Of a stretch of 64,000 nucleotides of DNA, positions 62,686 through 64,000 are shown piece after piece (positions within the stretch are counted from its first letter, which is position 1; each line of letters starts with the position of its first letter). The notes beneath the pieces are model-generated. The model ran no database searches and had not been told where the DNA came from. It saw nothing but the letters and a program-made list of their open reading frames with translations. This stretch comes from Pristiophorus japonicus. Lineage: Eukaryota. The position numbers and the translations under genes were made by a program. The DNA lies in assembly GCF_044704955.1 (NCBI RefSeq), contig NC_091992.1:130882001-130946000 (forward strand). Reading direction: 5' to 3'.

Positions 62686-63120
62686 CTTCTGCACTGTGGT
62701 CAGGACCTGGAGGATGGAGTTTCTGGCCAAGAGCGGTGTTCTCGCATCTACCAGCGAAGCAATACAGGTCAGGGTTTCGGGACTGTCAGATGCAGTCAAT
62801 CCGCGGGAGAAAGGAGGGGAGGAGGGTGATAAACACTTTCATTAAACACAAAGCCCGTGTGGACTTGCTGGGGGATTTGCCTTTCCTGCTGGGTGGGTTT
62901 CTCCCCTGACCGGGTAGGCGCGGATCACGGAGGAGTTTGACAGCTCGGACGCGAAGTGAACGGGAACAGATTGTTGCTGGTCGTGTGAGGGAAGCAGAAT
63001 GAGAAATAGATGGAAGGAGGAGGAGGGATTCACACCATCATCACACACGTGTTCTGGGAACTGCCAGTTCCGGCACCGAAACAGACAGACGGAGGAGTGA
63101 GCGGGGAATTTCACACAACT
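62686..63120 (-). other. Putative non-coding first exon of CACNG5 (5' boundary unknown)
   Basis: Strong donor CAGAAG|GTAAGA at 62686 in TE-free sequence with elevated CpG. The first coding exon has an acceptor and therefore needs an upstream exon. Confidence 0.35.
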
Positions 63121-63787
63121 CGCATCCTATTAACAACAGACTCTTCAACCAAAGGCTATATCATGGTGTGAACCACTGGCGAGCACTTACAATCGGGTTG
63201 GTACAAACAGGAGGAGTCTTCTTGGGTGAAGAGAGTGGAAATTGGGGGGTTGAATAAGGATTATAGGAGAGTTTGGACCAAAAAAGAGATTTCGGGGTAA
63301 GGAATAAATGAGTGTTTACCGGGGGGGCGAATGCATGAGAATTTGGAGAATTTTAAAGAATGAGATACTGTACATCAAAATAAATTATAAATATCCAGGG
63401 AGATGTGAAAGGTTGAGTGGAGCCGCGAGTCTTTGGTAAGGAATGGATAATACTTCCGCTAAGGATAATCTGAGATGGGAATCACGGGTAGGGTTAGTAG
63501 AAATGGGACTGATTCTCCGGTACCGGTACCGCTCCCACACTATTGCATCTTCCACACCCCCTATTCAATGCGAGTAACAAGGAGTGGTCTATATTTTGGG
63601 ACTGGTATTTTAAACACTTGAAAACGTTCCATTCTATTCCATGCATAGTTTTCAACATCTGTTTCTCTTCATCTGCAGATGTTGACATCTGTATATCATT
63701 AAAAATCTCGCCAATAGCCATGCATTTCTGTCGCCATTTCCCCATTCAATTTTGTTATGTCAACTGTCACAGTAAAGTTGCAGGTTC

Positions 63788-63805
63788 TGGCCACTAGGTG
63801 TCACC
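63788..63805 (+). promoter_or_regulatory. Candidate CTCF site
   Basis: TGGCCACTAGGTGTCACC versus consensus TGGCCACYAGRKGGCRCY. Confidence 0.45.
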
Positions 63806-64000
63806 TGTATAAGTTTCGGAAATCTCTCTTCCCAACTCGTTGCCATCTTGTACCTAAACATATTCTTCAATTGACTATTAGGCAACGTCACTGGCAAGTT
63901 ACTAATATTACCAAAATTCTATTATAGCTATTTTTCATTTAATTAAAAGTAGACCATAAAAATGCATCTCAGTATTAAATTAATCTGACACCAAGCTTAT

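Noticed and set aside
63494-63797. 83-84 aa ORFs on both strands
   Set aside because: No recognisable motifs; consistent with chance ORFs.

Overview
Eukaryotic, repeat-dense vertebrate genomic DNA. The repeat inventory points to a cartilaginous fish (shark or ray), by inference: CR1 LINEs, Deu-domain tRNA-SINEs, RTE LINEs, Penelope-type termini, Harbinger-type MITEs and [11 protein letters not shown] zinc fingers. The only intact host gene is CACNG5 (TARP gamma-5), on the minus strand. It has five coding exons (196+87+141+146+258 nt, 275 aa, all introns GT-AG) at 18534-25338 and probably a distant non-coding first exon near 62.7 kb. The rest is decayed or nested transposable elements, about eight minisatellites and a probable zinc-finger retrocopy. 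Four observations stand out. (1) A solo LTR is split by two tandem Tx1/L1-clade insertions at one 15-bp target, and an empty copy of the same LTR is present in the window. (2) A complete 3.3-kb Gypsy-type element (LTRs, PBS, PPT, 5-bp TSD) has Gag-protease followed by a ~430-codon unknown frame instead of RT/RNaseH/integrase, with a CTCF-like motif in each LTR. (3) A Penelope-type terminus carries a minimal hammerhead-ribozyme-like motif. (4) A 2.3-kb minisatellite has expanded from inside a CR1 3' end. Exon and LTR boundaries were read by eye to the base; most other TE boundaries are approximate.
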